Assembly (NCBI GenBank): GCA_965660075.1
Contig: CBFHYO010000019.1
Span: 2,433-66,432, forward strand
Direction: 5' to 3'
From: Patescibacteria group bacterium
GTDB taxonomy: Bacteria; Patescibacteriota; Gracilibacteria; UBA1369; GCA-2718715
Length of the DNA stretch: 64,000 nt
Shown here: in pieces, positions 17,687 through 27,529 of the stretch
How the letters are laid out: every line of letters begins with the position of its first letter
Position numbering within the stretch: the first letter of the stretch is position 1
Translations under genes and position numbers: made by a program
The notes under the pieces: model-generated
Database searches by the model: none
What the model was told of the DNA's origin: nothing
What the model saw: the letters and a program-made list of their open reading frames with translations, nothing else

Positions 17687-18388
17687 TTAACTTACTAAGG
17701 TACCAATACTAGAATCCTGATACACAGATTGCAAGATTTTTGGCTTGCTAAAATCAAAAACTAATATTGGAAGATCATTTTCCATTGCCATACCAAAAGC
17801 CGAAGCATCCATCACTTTCAATTTCTTTGATAGTGCATCAGCAAAACTTAATTCAGAAAAACGTACCGCATCTGAATGCTTTTGAGGATCTTTATCATAA
17901 ACACCATCCACTTTAGTTGCTTTATAAACAATGTCACACTCTAATTCTAAAGCACGTAAAACACTAGCTGAATCAGTAGTAGAATAAGGACTACCAGTTC
18001 CACCAGCAAAAACAATTGTTTTACCACGTGATAAAGATTCCCGACAAGATTCTGAATTATATTCATCAATATAATCAGCATTACCATAAACAGAAACGGC
18101 AGACACCAAGTCCCCTAATTCCTTTAACATTTCTGCAAGCAACACAGCGTTGAAATTAGTTGCAGTCATACCAAGTTTATCCGAAATAGTACGAGACAAT
18201 TTTAGATGTTGATTATCACGAAAACGCCAAAGATTTCCAGCACCGACAACAATTACTAAATCAACATTACATTGAGTTTTAAAATCGAAAATAGATTGAG
18301 CAACATCATGAATTTTTTGAGGGTCAAAACTATTACCATCAGATGCAAACATTTCACCTGATATTTTTAATAAAATACGATCATTCAT
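17687..18388 (-). CDS. pyrH: UMP kinase
   Basis: 233 aa. ILLKISGE, VVGAGNLWR, GGTGSPYSTTDSASVLRA, VDGVYDKDP. Confidence 0.9.
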   Translation of the reverse strand: MNDRILLKISGEMFASDGNSFDPQKIHDVAQSIFDFKTQCNVDLVIVVGAGNLWRFRDNQHLKLSRTISDKLGMTATNFNAVLLAEMLKELGDLVSAVSVYGNADYIDEYNSESCRESLSRGKTIVFAGGTGSPYSTTDSASVLRALELECDIVYKATKVDGVYDKDPQKHSDAVRFSELSFADALSKKLKVMDASAFGMAMENDLPILVFDFSKPKILQSVYQDSSIGTLVS

Positions 18389-18720
18389 TATACTAAATAA
18401 ATTAAAAGAATCAGAAAAGATAAAAATAATGCTCCCATCAATCCAACAACCAGGTAGGACATGTTTGGTGGACTTTCTAAAGGCTCCTCTTCCATACTAG
18501 CAAGATCCAATAATAAATCGGCACTAATTTGAATTTTAGAGTCAGAATATTTTTGAGCTACTACATTTAAATCATTACTGGAAAGAATTTTTAAGAATTT
18601 AGAAAGTGTCACCTCAACCTGCCTAGTTGATTTATTAGAAACAGTGGTGCTTTTCTCTACTGAAAGTGAGTTTTTTCGGTTGATAGAAGAAACCGGGATA
18701 ATTATCTCAGATTCAGACAT
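18388..18720 (-). CDS. Hypothetical tail-anchored membrane protein
   Basis: 110 aa with a C-terminal TM (YLVVGLMGALFLSFLILLIYLV). It overlaps the pyrH start by 1 nt. Confidence 0.4.
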   Translation of the reverse strand: MSESEIIIPVSSINRKNSLSVEKSTTVSNKSTRQVEVTLSKFLKILSSNDLNVVAQKYSDSKIQISADLLLDLASMEEEPLESPPNMSYLVVGLMGALFLSFLILLIYLV

Positions 18721-18763
18721 AACAATGGTTAAATTAAATTACTAATAGAATACAAAATTCAAT

Positions 18764-18793
18764 AAAAAAAGCCAAGTAAAATACCTTGGCTTT
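18764..18793 (-). terminator. Rho-independent terminator downstream of groEL
   Basis: Minus strand AAGCCAAG-gtatttta-CTTGGCTT followed by a T7 run. Confidence 0.65.
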
Positions 18794-18818
18794 ATAATTT
18801 TTTTAAATTTAAAAGATC

Positions 18819-20447
18819 TTACAATCCCATACCCATTGGAGGCATTGGCATATCTGCAGAATCGTTTTTTTCTGATTTCAAATCAGAAATAGCAACCTGA
18901 GTAGTTAAAAACACAGAAGCAACACTAGTTGCATTTTGCAACGCACACCTAGTTACCTTTTTAGGATCAACAACACCAAAAGTGAACATATCTCCATACT
19001 CATTAGTTTGAGCATTATAACCAAAGTTCTTCTCTGAGTTTTTTATAACATCATTTACAACCACAGCACTTTGTTGACCTGCATTTTGGGCAATTTGAGA
19101 AAGTGGATAAGTTAATGCAGATTTCACAATATCTACACCAACAAGAAATTCATCTGATCCAGAAACTCCAGCTAAGACAGATTGAGCACGAGCTAAAGCA
19201 GTACCACCACCAGCAACAATACCTTCCTCCACGGCAGCTTTTGTAGCATGTAATGCATCCTCTATTCGTAATTTTTTTTCTTTAAGTTCTAATTCTGTTG
19301 CAGCTCCAACTTTAATAACTCCAACCCCACCAACTAACTTGGCTTTTCTTTCAGCTAACTTCTCTCGGTCAAACTCGTTAGTAGTTAAATCAAACATAGA
19401 CTCAATTTCATGAACTCTTTGAGATACAGATTCAGAGCTTCCAGCACCATCTACAATTGTTGTCGAATCTTTTGATACTATAACCTTGCGTGCCATACCC
19501 AAATCAGACAATGCTACTTGATTTAATTTTAAACCAATCTCATCGGTAACAACATTACCGCCAGTTAAAATAGCGATATCTTTAAGCATCTCTTTTCTTC
19601 TATCTCCAAAAGCAGGAGCTTTAACAGCTACCACATTAAAAGTACCACGCAATTTATTTACAACAAATGTTGCCAAAGCATCACCATCCACATCCTCTGC
19701 AATAATTAAGATATCTTTACGACCTTCATTTGAAACTTGCTCTAAAACTGGAAGAACATCTTGGATAGAAGATATTTTTTTATCAGTAATCAAAATATGA
19801 CAATCATTAATAACAGCTTCCATTCTATTTGTATCAGAAACCATATAAGGAGATATAAAACCATTATCAAATTGCATTCCTTCTACAACTTCCTTTTCTA
19901 ATCCCATAGTATTTGATTCTTCTACAGTAATCACACCATCTTTACCAACCATGTGCATGATTTCTGAAATCAATTCACCAACCACAGGATCTTGAGCCGA
20001 TACTGTGGCAACTTGAGCCACCTCATTTTTAGAAGTAATTTCTAGTGAAATGTCTGATAAATAATCGCACACAAGTTGAGTCGCATGCTGCATACCATTT
20101 TTAACTTCAATTGGATTTGCACCAAAAGCCAATTTTTGCAAACCACTTTTTATCATCGCATATGCTAAAAGTGTTGCAGTAGTAGTACCATCACCTGCCA
20201 GGTTATTGGTTTTGGAAGCTACTTCTTTAACCATTTGAGCACCCATATTTTCAAATTTATCCTCAAGCTCAATTTCTTCAGCAATTGTAACACCATCATT
20301 AGTAATCAAAGGGCCACCGTAAGCCTTATCTAAAATCACATTACGACCCTTAGGTCCAATAGTTACACTTACAGCGTCTGCTAATTGTTTAACACCTGCA
20401 AATAATGCTTCTTGAGCATCTCGATTCCATTTAATTTGTTTAGGCAT
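18819..20447 (-). CDS. groEL: Chaperonin GroEL
   Basis: 542 aa. An unmistakable GroEL sequence ([25 protein letters not shown]) with a Met/Gly/Pro C-terminal tail. Confidence 0.97.
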   Translation of the reverse strand: MPKQIKWNRDAQEALFAGVKQLADAVSVTIGPKGRNVILDKAYGGPLITNDGVTIAEEIELEDKFENMGAQMVKEVASKTNNLAGDGTTTATLLAYAMIKSGLQKLAFGANPIEVKNGMQHATQLVCDYLSDISLEITSKNEVAQVATVSAQDPVVGELISEIMHMVGKDGVITVEESNTMGLEKEVVEGMQFDNGFISPYMVSDTNRMEAVINDCHILITDKKISSIQDVLPVLEQVSNEGRKDILIIAEDVDGDALATFVVNKLRGTFNVVAVKAPAFGDRRKEMLKDIAILTGGNVVTDEIGLKLNQVALSDLGMARKVIVSKDSTTIVDGAGSSESVSQRVHEIESMFDLTTNEFDREKLAERKAKLVGGVGVIKVGAATELELKEKKLRIEDALHATKAAVEEGIVAGGGTALARAQSVLAGVSGSDEFLVGVDIVKSALTYPLSQIAQNAGQQSAVVVNDVIKNSEKNFGYNAQTNEYGDMFTFGVVDPKKVTRCALQNATSVASVFLTTQVAISDLKSEKNDSADMPMPPMGMGL

Positions 20448-20454
20448 AATATAT

Positions 20455-20748
20455 TTAGTTATTAATTATTGCGAGTACATCTTTCTCAGATAAGACAAGA
20501 ACTTTTTGACCATTGATCTCAAAATCATCTGGAGAATATTTACGAAATAAAATTTTATCACCAATACTAACACTCATAGATTTTGTAGACCCATCATCAC
20601 GAGTCAGACCAGGACCAACAGCTATCACTTCTCCTTGCCCAGGTTTTTTTTCACCAGTTTCAGGAATAAAAATCCCAGATGAAGTTTGAGTTTCTTGCAT
20701 TAATGGTTTGACAATGAGATTGTCGTTTAATGGTTGTAAATTATTCAT
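20455..20748 (-). CDS. groES: Co-chaperonin GroES
   Basis: 97 aa. LQPLNDNLIVKP...SGIFIPE...GEVIAVGPG. Confidence 0.95.
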   Translation of the reverse strand: MNNLQPLNDNLIVKPLMQETQTSSGIFIPETGEKKPGQGEVIAVGPGLTRDDGSTKSMSVSIGDKILFRKYSPDDFEINGQKVLVLSEKDVLAIINN

Positions 20749-20757
20749 AAAAAAAAA

Positions 20758-20784
20758 TTAGCACTCTATTTAATACAGTGCTAA
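20758..20784 (-). promoter_or_regulatory. CIRCE operator (HrcA binding site) upstream of groES
   Basis: TTAGCACTC-N9-CAGTGCTAA, against the consensus TTAGCACTC-N9-GAGTGCTAA. It ends 9 nt from the groES ATG. Confidence 0.85.
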
Positions 20785-20811
20785 TTTAACAAAATGAGAG
20801 TTAAAAATCAA
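20783..20811 (-). promoter_or_regulatory. Sigma70-type promoter candidate for groESL
   Basis: The minus strand reads TTGATT-N17-TAAATT. The -10 overlaps the CIRCE arm by 2 nt. Confidence 0.5.
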
Positions 20812-20815
20812 GATT

Positions 20816-22327
20816 TTATTCGGCTAACGCCTCAACTCTTCTCTCTCGAACTACAGTAACTTTTACTTGACCTGAATACTGCATATCTTTTTCAATTTTT
20901 TCTGCAATTTGATGAGATAATTTCTTTGATTGCAAATCATCTAGTTTTTCAGCATCTACTACCACACGAACCTCGCTACCAGTATGAATTGCATAACTTT
21001 GAGAAACCCCATCAAAGCTAGAAGCTATATTTTCCAACTCTGTCATACGCTTAACAAAAGTTTCCATATTGTTTTTACCTATACCAGGTCTAGAAAGCAA
21101 CAACTTAGCAGCCATACTGACACAAACAGCTTCTAAATTTTCTCCCATATCATCACCTGCTTGTAAATCAATAATTTCACAAAGTTTTTTAGATAAACCA
21201 AACTTACGACAAATATCAGCAGAAATATGAGCAAATTGACCCTCTACCTCATGATCGACAGAAACACCTAAGAACATAAGCAAACCAGCTCTTTTAGAAA
21301 GAGAAACATCAGCACCTATTTCAGATGCTATACTGGCAGATAACTTAGCCACATCGACTGAATGCTTTAGAAGATTTTGTGATTGAATAGTTCTAAATTT
21401 TAATCTACCAAGAAGTTGAACTAACTCTGGAGCAAGACCGGCAACACCTGCTTCGAATGCAGCTTTATCACCAAGATCAACAATCAAATCATCAACTTCA
21501 GATTTTACTTTATCTACCACTTCTTCAATTCTGGCTGGATGAATTCTTCCATCAGTAATCAAACGCTCTAAACTTACCTTAGCAACATAACGACGGTATA
21601 AATCAAAAGCAGAAATTAAGACTACACCAGGCGTATCATCAACTACTACATCAACTCCAGTAACACGTTCAAAAGCTTGAATGTTTCGTCCATCACGACC
21701 AATAATTCGCCCTTTCATATCATCTGAAGGTAAAGTAACAGTTGTCGAAGTATTTTCGGAGGCACAATCAGATGCGTATTTTTGCATAGCTAATGCAAGA
21801 ATTAAACGCGCCTTAGAATCCGCCTCAGCTTTTGCCTGAGCTTCCATTTTTTCAACGTGGTTTAAAAGCTCATCTTTAAATTCTAATTCAACTTGCTTAA
21901 TTAACATATCGCGAGCGTCTTGTTTAGACATAGCAGCAACTTTTTCAAGTTCTTGATGCTTACGAGAAATCATCTCTGTGATTTGCTTTTGTTCTTTTTC
22001 TAAAGAAACAAGTTTAGTTTCGAGATCTTCTTTTTTAGAATCCAATTTTTCTATTTTTTTATCTAATTGTGATTCTTTTTCAAGAAGACGATTTTCGATA
22101 CCAGAAAACTCTTTTCTCTTTTGAGACATTAAATTTCGAGCATCATTTTCCATACTATTGGCCTGTTGTTTTGCTTTTTTTACAATATCGGAAGCATCTT
22201 TTTTGGCATTCTCCAAAAAATTATCAGCTTTATTTAATACTGAATTTTTTTTATTTGTTAAAATAACACGATCGATAATAAATCCAAGCATAACACCTCC
22301 CAATACAAACAATAATTCTAATGACAT
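20816..22327 (-). CDS. rny: Ribonuclease Y
   Basis: N-terminal TM (MSLELLFVLGGVMLGFIIDRV), a coiled coil, a KH segment (GRIIGRDGRNIQAFE) and an HD domain. I prefer the ATG at 22327 over the track start at 22390. Confidence 0.9.
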   Translation of the reverse strand: MSLELLFVLGGVMLGFIIDRVILTNKKNSVLNKADNFLENAKKDASDIVKKAKQQANSMENDARNLMSQKRKEFSGIENRLLEKESQLDKKIEKLDSKKEDLETKLVSLEKEQKQITEMISRKHQELEKVAAMSKQDARDMLIKQVELEFKDELLNHVEKMEAQAKAEADSKARLILALAMQKYASDCASENTSTTVTLPSDDMKGRIIGRDGRNIQAFERVTGVDVVVDDTPGVVLISAFDLYRRYVAKVSLERLITDGRIHPARIEEVVDKVKSEVDDLIVDLGDKAAFEAGVAGLAPELVQLLGRLKFRTIQSQNLLKHSVDVAKLSASIASEIGADVSLSKRAGLLMFLGVSVDHEVEGQFAHISADICRKFGLSKKLCEIIDLQAGDDMGENLEAVCVSMAAKLLLSRPGIGKNNMETFVKRMTELENIASSFDGVSQSYAIHTGSEVRVVVDAEKLDDLQSKKLSHQIAEKIEKDMQYSGQVKVTVVRERRVEALAE

Positions 22328-22451
22328 ATAAGATGTTAAATTTCTACAATTACTATATAAAAATATTGCTACATAATCAACAAAAAGCACAGATAAATTT
22401 AAAATTTTTTTACTTTTATGAATTATAGTTAGATGTTTTAACCAAATTCAT

Positions 22452-24215
22452 ATGCTAGAAATATTATTAACAATAAGTTTATTCACAAGCCCATCCCTAC
22501 CTACACCTATAGAGGTAACAGACAATCAAACTTCATTTTCGCTAAACACAACAGACAAAACACTTGTTAATAACATAGAAATCGATCCATCTAATTTTGA
22601 ACTTATATCTGGAGAAAATAAAATAACAGTCATTTCTGATCAAAACAAAGTACTGACACACCTACTCGTAATCACACAAAAAACACTATGCAAGCAATTA
22701 GAAGCAAAAATAGAAAAAATTGACATAGAAAACAATAAAATAAAACTATACATTCCAGAAAATTGTGACAAATCAAAGTTTAAATTAATAACAGAAAATC
22801 AAACAGAAATAGAAAATTTGATAATAAATGAACCACTTGATGATGCTTTTGGAACTCTTGCACTAAATTACAACAATCAAGTTGTAGATTTTAAATGCTG
22901 GGCCAAAAACACGCTATCTGATATGCAAATCAAACACATAGAAAGGTTAAATAAAACGCCAGAAGATTGCGATATAACCCAAACAGAAGTGAAAGAAGAA
23001 AGCAATAACATAAAACAAAGTTTTATTAATTTAAATTATAAAGATCTGATCATACTTAATGCAATGCCAAACGCAGATAAAGAATTTATTTCTATACAAA
23101 ACTCCACATTAGAACCAATCGATTTAAAAAATGTATACATTACAGACAAAACAGCAAAAAAAATGTATTTAACAGGAATTATTCAACCAGAAGAAATCAA
23201 ACAAATAAAAAATTTAACATTTGCTCTCAATAATAGTGACGAAGAAATATACATTAAAAACACAGATAACAATGAAATAATCGACTTTAGAGAATACAAA
23301 AAAAGCACGCAAGACCAATTAATAGATTTTTCACTAGTAGAAAATACAAAAGAACAAGAATTATCAAATGAAAATCAAAACACAAGGGAAATAGAAACTT
23401 CAAATGAAACCGTGCAAATACTGGAATCAAATATAGAACTTGAACAGTCTAACATTCTTGCAGAAAACCCAACTAACAACTCAGAGAATTTAAATCAGAT
23501 AACATACAACCCTTCAGAAACCTCGAATCAAAATCAAGATGCCAGCAATAGTTTAGAGAGTACAGAAAATGCACAACACATCACAATTACTGAAGTTTTA
23601 CCAAATCCACATGGTGATGAAAGAGAGAACCAATTTATAGAAATATTTAACCCAAACCCATTCTCATTAGACACGACCAAATATAAATTGATGATAAATT
23701 CCAAAGAAATCGAGCTACCTACAAACCTAGAACCAAAACAATATTTCTCTACAAACAAGTTACAACTTAGTAACACTCAAGCATCAATAAAACTTACATA
23801 TAAAGACCAAATAATTCAAGAACTAAATTACAATAAAACGACAGAAGGTCTAAGTTTTATTGATATTAATAATCAATGGCTACAAACTAGCCTGATAACT
23901 CGAGACAAAGCTAATGGCAAAATTAATAACTACAACCAATCAATTCAAGTGCTAGACAATCAAATTCTGATAGAAGATACGCAAATCAAACAGGGGCCGT
24001 TGAATTTACAAGATGGAACATATGAAAAAGCAGAATTTATGACTTTAGAAAATTCGAACGGAGAAGAAATAATCAAAATAATAAACCTTGAACAATCAGA
24101 TGTCCAAAACATAGAAGAAATAAACACACCTCTTAACCAAACAAAAAAAGACATCACTAGTATGGGGTTTTTAAGCATGGCAAGCCTTGCAATTATTTAC
24201 AATTTTATCAAGTAA
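22452..24215 (+). CDS. Surface protein with two lamin-tail-domain (LTD)-like segments and a C-terminal TM anchor
   Basis: 587 aa. LTD-like ITITEVLPNPHGDERENQFIEIFNPNP and the weaker LIILNAMPNADKEFISIQNS. An Asn/Gln/Glu/Thr-rich linker. C-terminal MGFLSMASLAIIYNFI. Confidence 0.55.
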   Translation: MLEILLTISLFTSPSLPTPIEVTDNQTSFSLNTTDKTLVNNIEIDPSNFELISGENKITVISDQNKVLTHLLVITQKTLCKQLEAKIEKIDIENNKIKLYIPENCDKSKFKLITENQTEIENLIINEPLDDAFGTLALNYNNQVVDFKCWAKNTLSDMQIKHIERLNKTPEDCDITQTEVKEESNNIKQSFINLNYKDLIILNAMPNADKEFISIQNSTLEPIDLKNVYITDKTAKKMYLTGIIQPEEIKQIKNLTFALNNSDEEIYIKNTDNNEIIDFREYKKSTQDQLIDFSLVENTKEQELSNENQNTREIETSNETVQILESNIELEQSNILAENPTNNSENLNQITYNPSETSNQNQDASNSLESTENAQHITITEVLPNPHGDERENQFIEIFNPNPFSLDTTKYKLMINSKEIELPTNLEPKQYFSTNKLQLSNTQASIKLTYKDQIIQELNYNKTTEGLSFIDINNQWLQTSLITRDKANGKINNYNQSIQVLDNQILIEDTQIKQGPLNLQDGTYEKAEFMTLENSNGEEIIKIINLEQSDVQNIEEINTPLNQTKKDITSMGFLSMASLAIIYNFIK

Positions 24216-25045
24216 TCTTTTAAAAAAAACAAAGACAAAAAAACAAAACCCATAAACACTATAAACAGTGCAGAAATTGAAAGGTTAAAAGAAAAAGCAA
24301 AAAAAGAAGAAACAAACAGCACAAATGTAGAAAGAAGAATAGCAAAAGAAATCAACTGATCAGATTTATAGTAAAACAACCTAGCACATAAAATTGGAAT
24401 AACATTTAAACCTAAAGTTAGAATCACTCCAACTAATTCAAAAGACAAAATAACATTTGTAACCAACACCCCCAACTGCAGAAAATCAACTAGACTAGTA
24501 TTAAAACCGCGAATACCCAGAGATTTATCATCAAAACTTAATTCAGAAAACAAACGCTTGCAGAAGTTATAAACCAAAATATTGAAAATTAATAGCAATG
24601 ACATTTTAAAAATCGCAACAGGCATTGTATAACCAAGCAAATTTATATTTTCGAAAAGTGAAAACTCAAGTGCTCCAAACAAAACGCTATCCGGATCTAA
24701 GTGTGTATTAGCAGCAAAGATATTTGTTAAAATTAACCCCATAGCAAAAAAACCAGAAAAAAATACACCTATGATAGATTGTGAATGTTTCAAACTAAAT
24801 TTAGATAAGTTCGAAATAAAATAAGTAATAATTGTAGAAACAAGAATAGAAAAAAAGACAAAAGCAAACGAATCCAAGGACCTTACAAGTAAAAAAACCA
24901 AAACAAGAATTGGCAAAACCGAGTGACTTATTGCATCAATTAACATCCCCTGCCTTCTTTCAAAAAACCAAAAAGAAGAAAAAACATTATTGAGAATAAC
25001 TAGGAATAATAAAATGAAAAGTTTATAAAAAATATAATTATCCAT
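24197..25045 (-). CDS. Metal ABC transporter permease (ABC-3 family, TroD-like)
   Basis: 282 aa polytopic membrane protein. It is the last gene of an SBP-ATPase-permease-permease operon. Confidence 0.75.
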   Translation of the reverse strand: MDNYIFYKLFILLFLVILNNVFSSFWFFERRQGMLIDAISHSVLPILVLVFLLVRSLDSFAFVFFSILVSTIITYFISNLSKFSLKHSQSIIGVFFSGFFAMGLILTNIFAANTHLDPDSVLFGALEFSLFENINLLGYTMPVAIFKMSLLLIFNILVYNFCKRLFSELSFDDKSLGIRGFNTSLVDFLQLGVLVTNVILSFELVGVILTLGLNVIPILCARLFYYKSDQLISFAILLSTFVLFVSSFFAFSFNLSISALFIVFMGFVFLSLFFLKDYLIKL

Positions 25046-25850
25046 GCTTCACCTCCTTTAAAAAGACAATCCCCCTAGAAAATAGATAAACAACAAAATA
25101 GATAGAAATAAGCAACGGACCAGTAGCCAAACCAGAAACAGATGATGAGAGATATAGACAAACCCAAGAAACAAATAATATCAATGTTAAACCGTAGAAA
25201 AACAACTCATATAAATCTAAATTAAAAGAAGAAACTATCGCAAATGGAATTAAAAATAAACCCGTAGTCAAAACCACCCCTGCAACCTTCAAGGATAAAA
25301 CACACAACAAAATAGATAAAAACTTCAAAAACATTTTTAGTCTTGAATAAGTTTTACTTTGAGTTTCGAAAGAATTGCCAAGAAAAGAAATATTAAAACA
25401 AAATCTGCGACAAACAAATAAAGTTATTAACACCAATAAAGACAAACAAGAAATTACAATAGAATCCAATAAAGACAAAGAAGCAATGTTTCCAAATAAA
25501 AACGTGTCAAAACCAAGTTTTGTAGATACACCTTTATTTTGTAAAACATTCAAAAGAACAGTACCCATAGCAAACCCAAAAGAAATAAAAAATGCAAAAA
25601 GAGAATCAGAATTAAATTTAGAAAAAGCAAACAAGTGACGTTTTAAAATATCAAAAAGCCAAATAAAAAACACCGTAAAGAGAATTATATAAAATAAATC
25701 CAAGGAATTAAAAATTAAATAAGAAAGTAAAACGCCAGGAAATGCCAAATGAGAATAGACATCGGTAACTAACGATTGCCTTTGAAAAAAATAAAAACCA
25801 CCAACCAAAAACATTGCCAAAGATAATAATATAAGAGTTATATACATCAT
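25038..25850 (-). CDS. Metal ABC transporter permease (ABC-3 family, TroC-like)
   Basis: 270 aa polytopic membrane protein. It overlaps both neighbouring genes. Confidence 0.75.
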   Translation of the reverse strand: MMYITLILLSLAMFLVGGFYFFQRQSLVTDVYSHLAFPGVLLSYLIFNSLDLFYIILFTVFFIWLFDILKRHLFAFSKFNSDSLFAFFISFGFAMGTVLLNVLQNKGVSTKLGFDTFLFGNIASLSLLDSIVISCLSLLVLITLFVCRRFCFNISFLGNSFETQSKTYSRLKMFLKFLSILLCVLSLKVAGVVLTTGLFLIPFAIVSSFNLDLYELFFYGLTLILFVSWVCLYLSSSVSGLATGPLLISIYFVVYLFSRGIVFLKEVKHG

Positions 25851-26554
25851 ATATTCGCAAACAAATTATCTCCGTACAGTTTTTCTAAGTTTTTTTTCTT
25901 GAAAACTGTATCGACTTTTCCAGAAGCAACTACCGACTTATTTAATAAAAGAATTTCATCAAAATATTCTTTAACGGAATTTAAATTATGATGCACCATT
26001 AAAACTGTGTTGCCTTGAGATGCAAAAGTTCTCAAAGTTTGGACTATAGATTTTTCAGATATGTGATCTATTGCATTAAAAGGTTCATCCAATATTAAAA
26101 TTTTAGGATCACGCACAAACGCTCTTGCCAATAAAAGCTTTTGTTTTTGACCTCCTGATAAATCTGAAATTGGGTTATTTGCAAGAGCAGCCAACCCAAG
26201 TCGATTTAAAACCTCAATAACTTTATTTCGATTATGCTCTGAATCTAGCTTCCAAAAATTAGCAGGAGTAACTAGTGCATTCAAAACTAATTCAAATACT
26301 GAAATTGGAAAATCCCAATCGTATTCAGATAATTGCGGTACATAAGCAATATCTTTTCGAATATCAATACCCTCCCAACTAACTGAACCTTCTTGCCTTG
26401 GAATAATGTTTAAAATAGCCTTCAGCAAAGTGGATTTCCCAGAACCATTGGGACCAAGAATACCAAATATAGAACCTTTTTTAAGTGAAAAAGAAACTTG
26501 TTCTAAAACAAGATTGTTCGAATACGATACAGATAAGCGATTAACTTTTAACAT
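25847..26554 (-). CDS. Metal ABC transporter ATP-binding protein
   Basis: 235 aa. Walker A GPNGSGKST, signature LSGGQKQKLLLARA, Walker B ILILDEP. Confidence 0.9.
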   Translation of the reverse strand: MLKVNRLSVSYSNNLVLEQVSFSLKKGSIFGILGPNGSGKSTLLKAILNIIPRQEGSVSWEGIDIRKDIAYVPQLSEYDWDFPISVFELVLNALVTPANFWKLDSEHNRNKVIEVLNRLGLAALANNPISDLSGGQKQKLLLARAFVRDPKILILDEPFNAIDHISEKSIVQTLRTFASQGNTVLMVHHNLNSVKEYFDEILLLNKSVVASGKVDTVFKKKNLEKLYGDNLFANI

Positions 26555-27474
26555 TAATTTAGAGAGTTAAAAATAGTATCTACATTATATTTAAACATTT
26601 TTATAAATGTATTATAACCAGAAGAATCTGAACCAAGTGAATCAGCAAATAAATAACCACCTAATTGTGTATTTTGTCCCATTCTTTGAACAGAATCAAG
26701 AACACTCATTAAGTCTCTATTAGAAACACTATCCTCTACAAAAATAGACTTAAGTTGATTTTCGATTATGACAGACTCCATTAATTTTTTATCATGCAAA
26801 CTATAGTCAGAACTTGTATTAACTCCTTTTAAAGTAAGAATATTAAAATTATATTTACGTCCAAAGTAAGAAAAAGCGTCATGAGTAGTAATTAACCATC
26901 TTTGAGAATCGGCAATAGATGACAACTTTTCTTGTGCATATAAATCTAATTCTGTTAATTCATCTAGATAATCTAGAGCATTCGCGCTTATCAAATTAGA
27001 GTGTTTTGGATACTGTTTTGACAATGATCCTGCAATCTGCTCGACAACTAAAGAAAATAAATCTAAATCAAACCAAATATGAGGATCTATTTCGTTATCA
27101 TGCTTGATTAAACTTTCAGTATTGATTAATTCACCAACAAAATAAGTAGGTTTAGTTTTAGACACAGACTCTAAGGCTGGACGCATTTGAGCTTCTAAAT
27201 TTAGACCTAAAGCTAAAATCAAATCCGCTTGGTTTATTTTTGAAATGTCATCTAAACCAGGCACATACACATGTGGATCTGTACCAGATGGCAAAAGTAA
27301 CTTTCTATCAATCTCAGACGGTAGTACATGATCTACAACATCGTGTATCATGCCAATTGTGGAAAGAACGAATGGCTTTTGATTTACAACTTCTTGAGTA
27401 GTAGAATCGGTAACAAAAAACCCAAAAAGAAATACTAAAATTAATATTAGACCTAGCTTTGTAAATTTCAACAT
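26554..27474 (-). CDS. Metal-binding solute-binding protein (cluster A-I, TroA/PsaA/MntC-like)
   Basis: 306 aa. GTDPHVY, DPHIWFD, THDAFSYF, FVEDS, LFADSLG. This is a His/His/Glu/Asp ligand pattern with no His-rich loop. Confidence 0.8.
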   Translation of the reverse strand: MLKFTKLGLILILVFLFGFFVTDSTTQEVVNQKPFVLSTIGMIHDVVDHVLPSEIDRKLLLPSGTDPHVYVPGLDDISKINQADLILALGLNLEAQMRPALESVSKTKPTYFVGELINTESLIKHDNEIDPHIWFDLDLFSLVVEQIAGSLSKQYPKHSNLISANALDYLDELTELDLYAQEKLSSIADSQRWLITTHDAFSYFGRKYNFNILTLKGVNTSSDYSLHDKKLMESVIIENQLKSIFVEDSVSNRDLMSVLDSVQRMGQNTQLGGYLFADSLGSDSSGYNTFIKMFKYNVDTIFNSLN

Positions 27475-27529
27475 TAAAAAAATTAGAGTATATTATAATA
27501 AAACAAATAAATAATAATAAAAAGACAAT

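Noticed and set aside
22328-22390. 21-codon N-terminal extension of rny (track start 22390)
   Set aside because: RNase Y normally begins with its TM helix. The ATG at 22327 gives exactly that (MSLELLFVLGG...). The extension (MLFVDYVAIFLYSNCRNLTSY) looks non-native.
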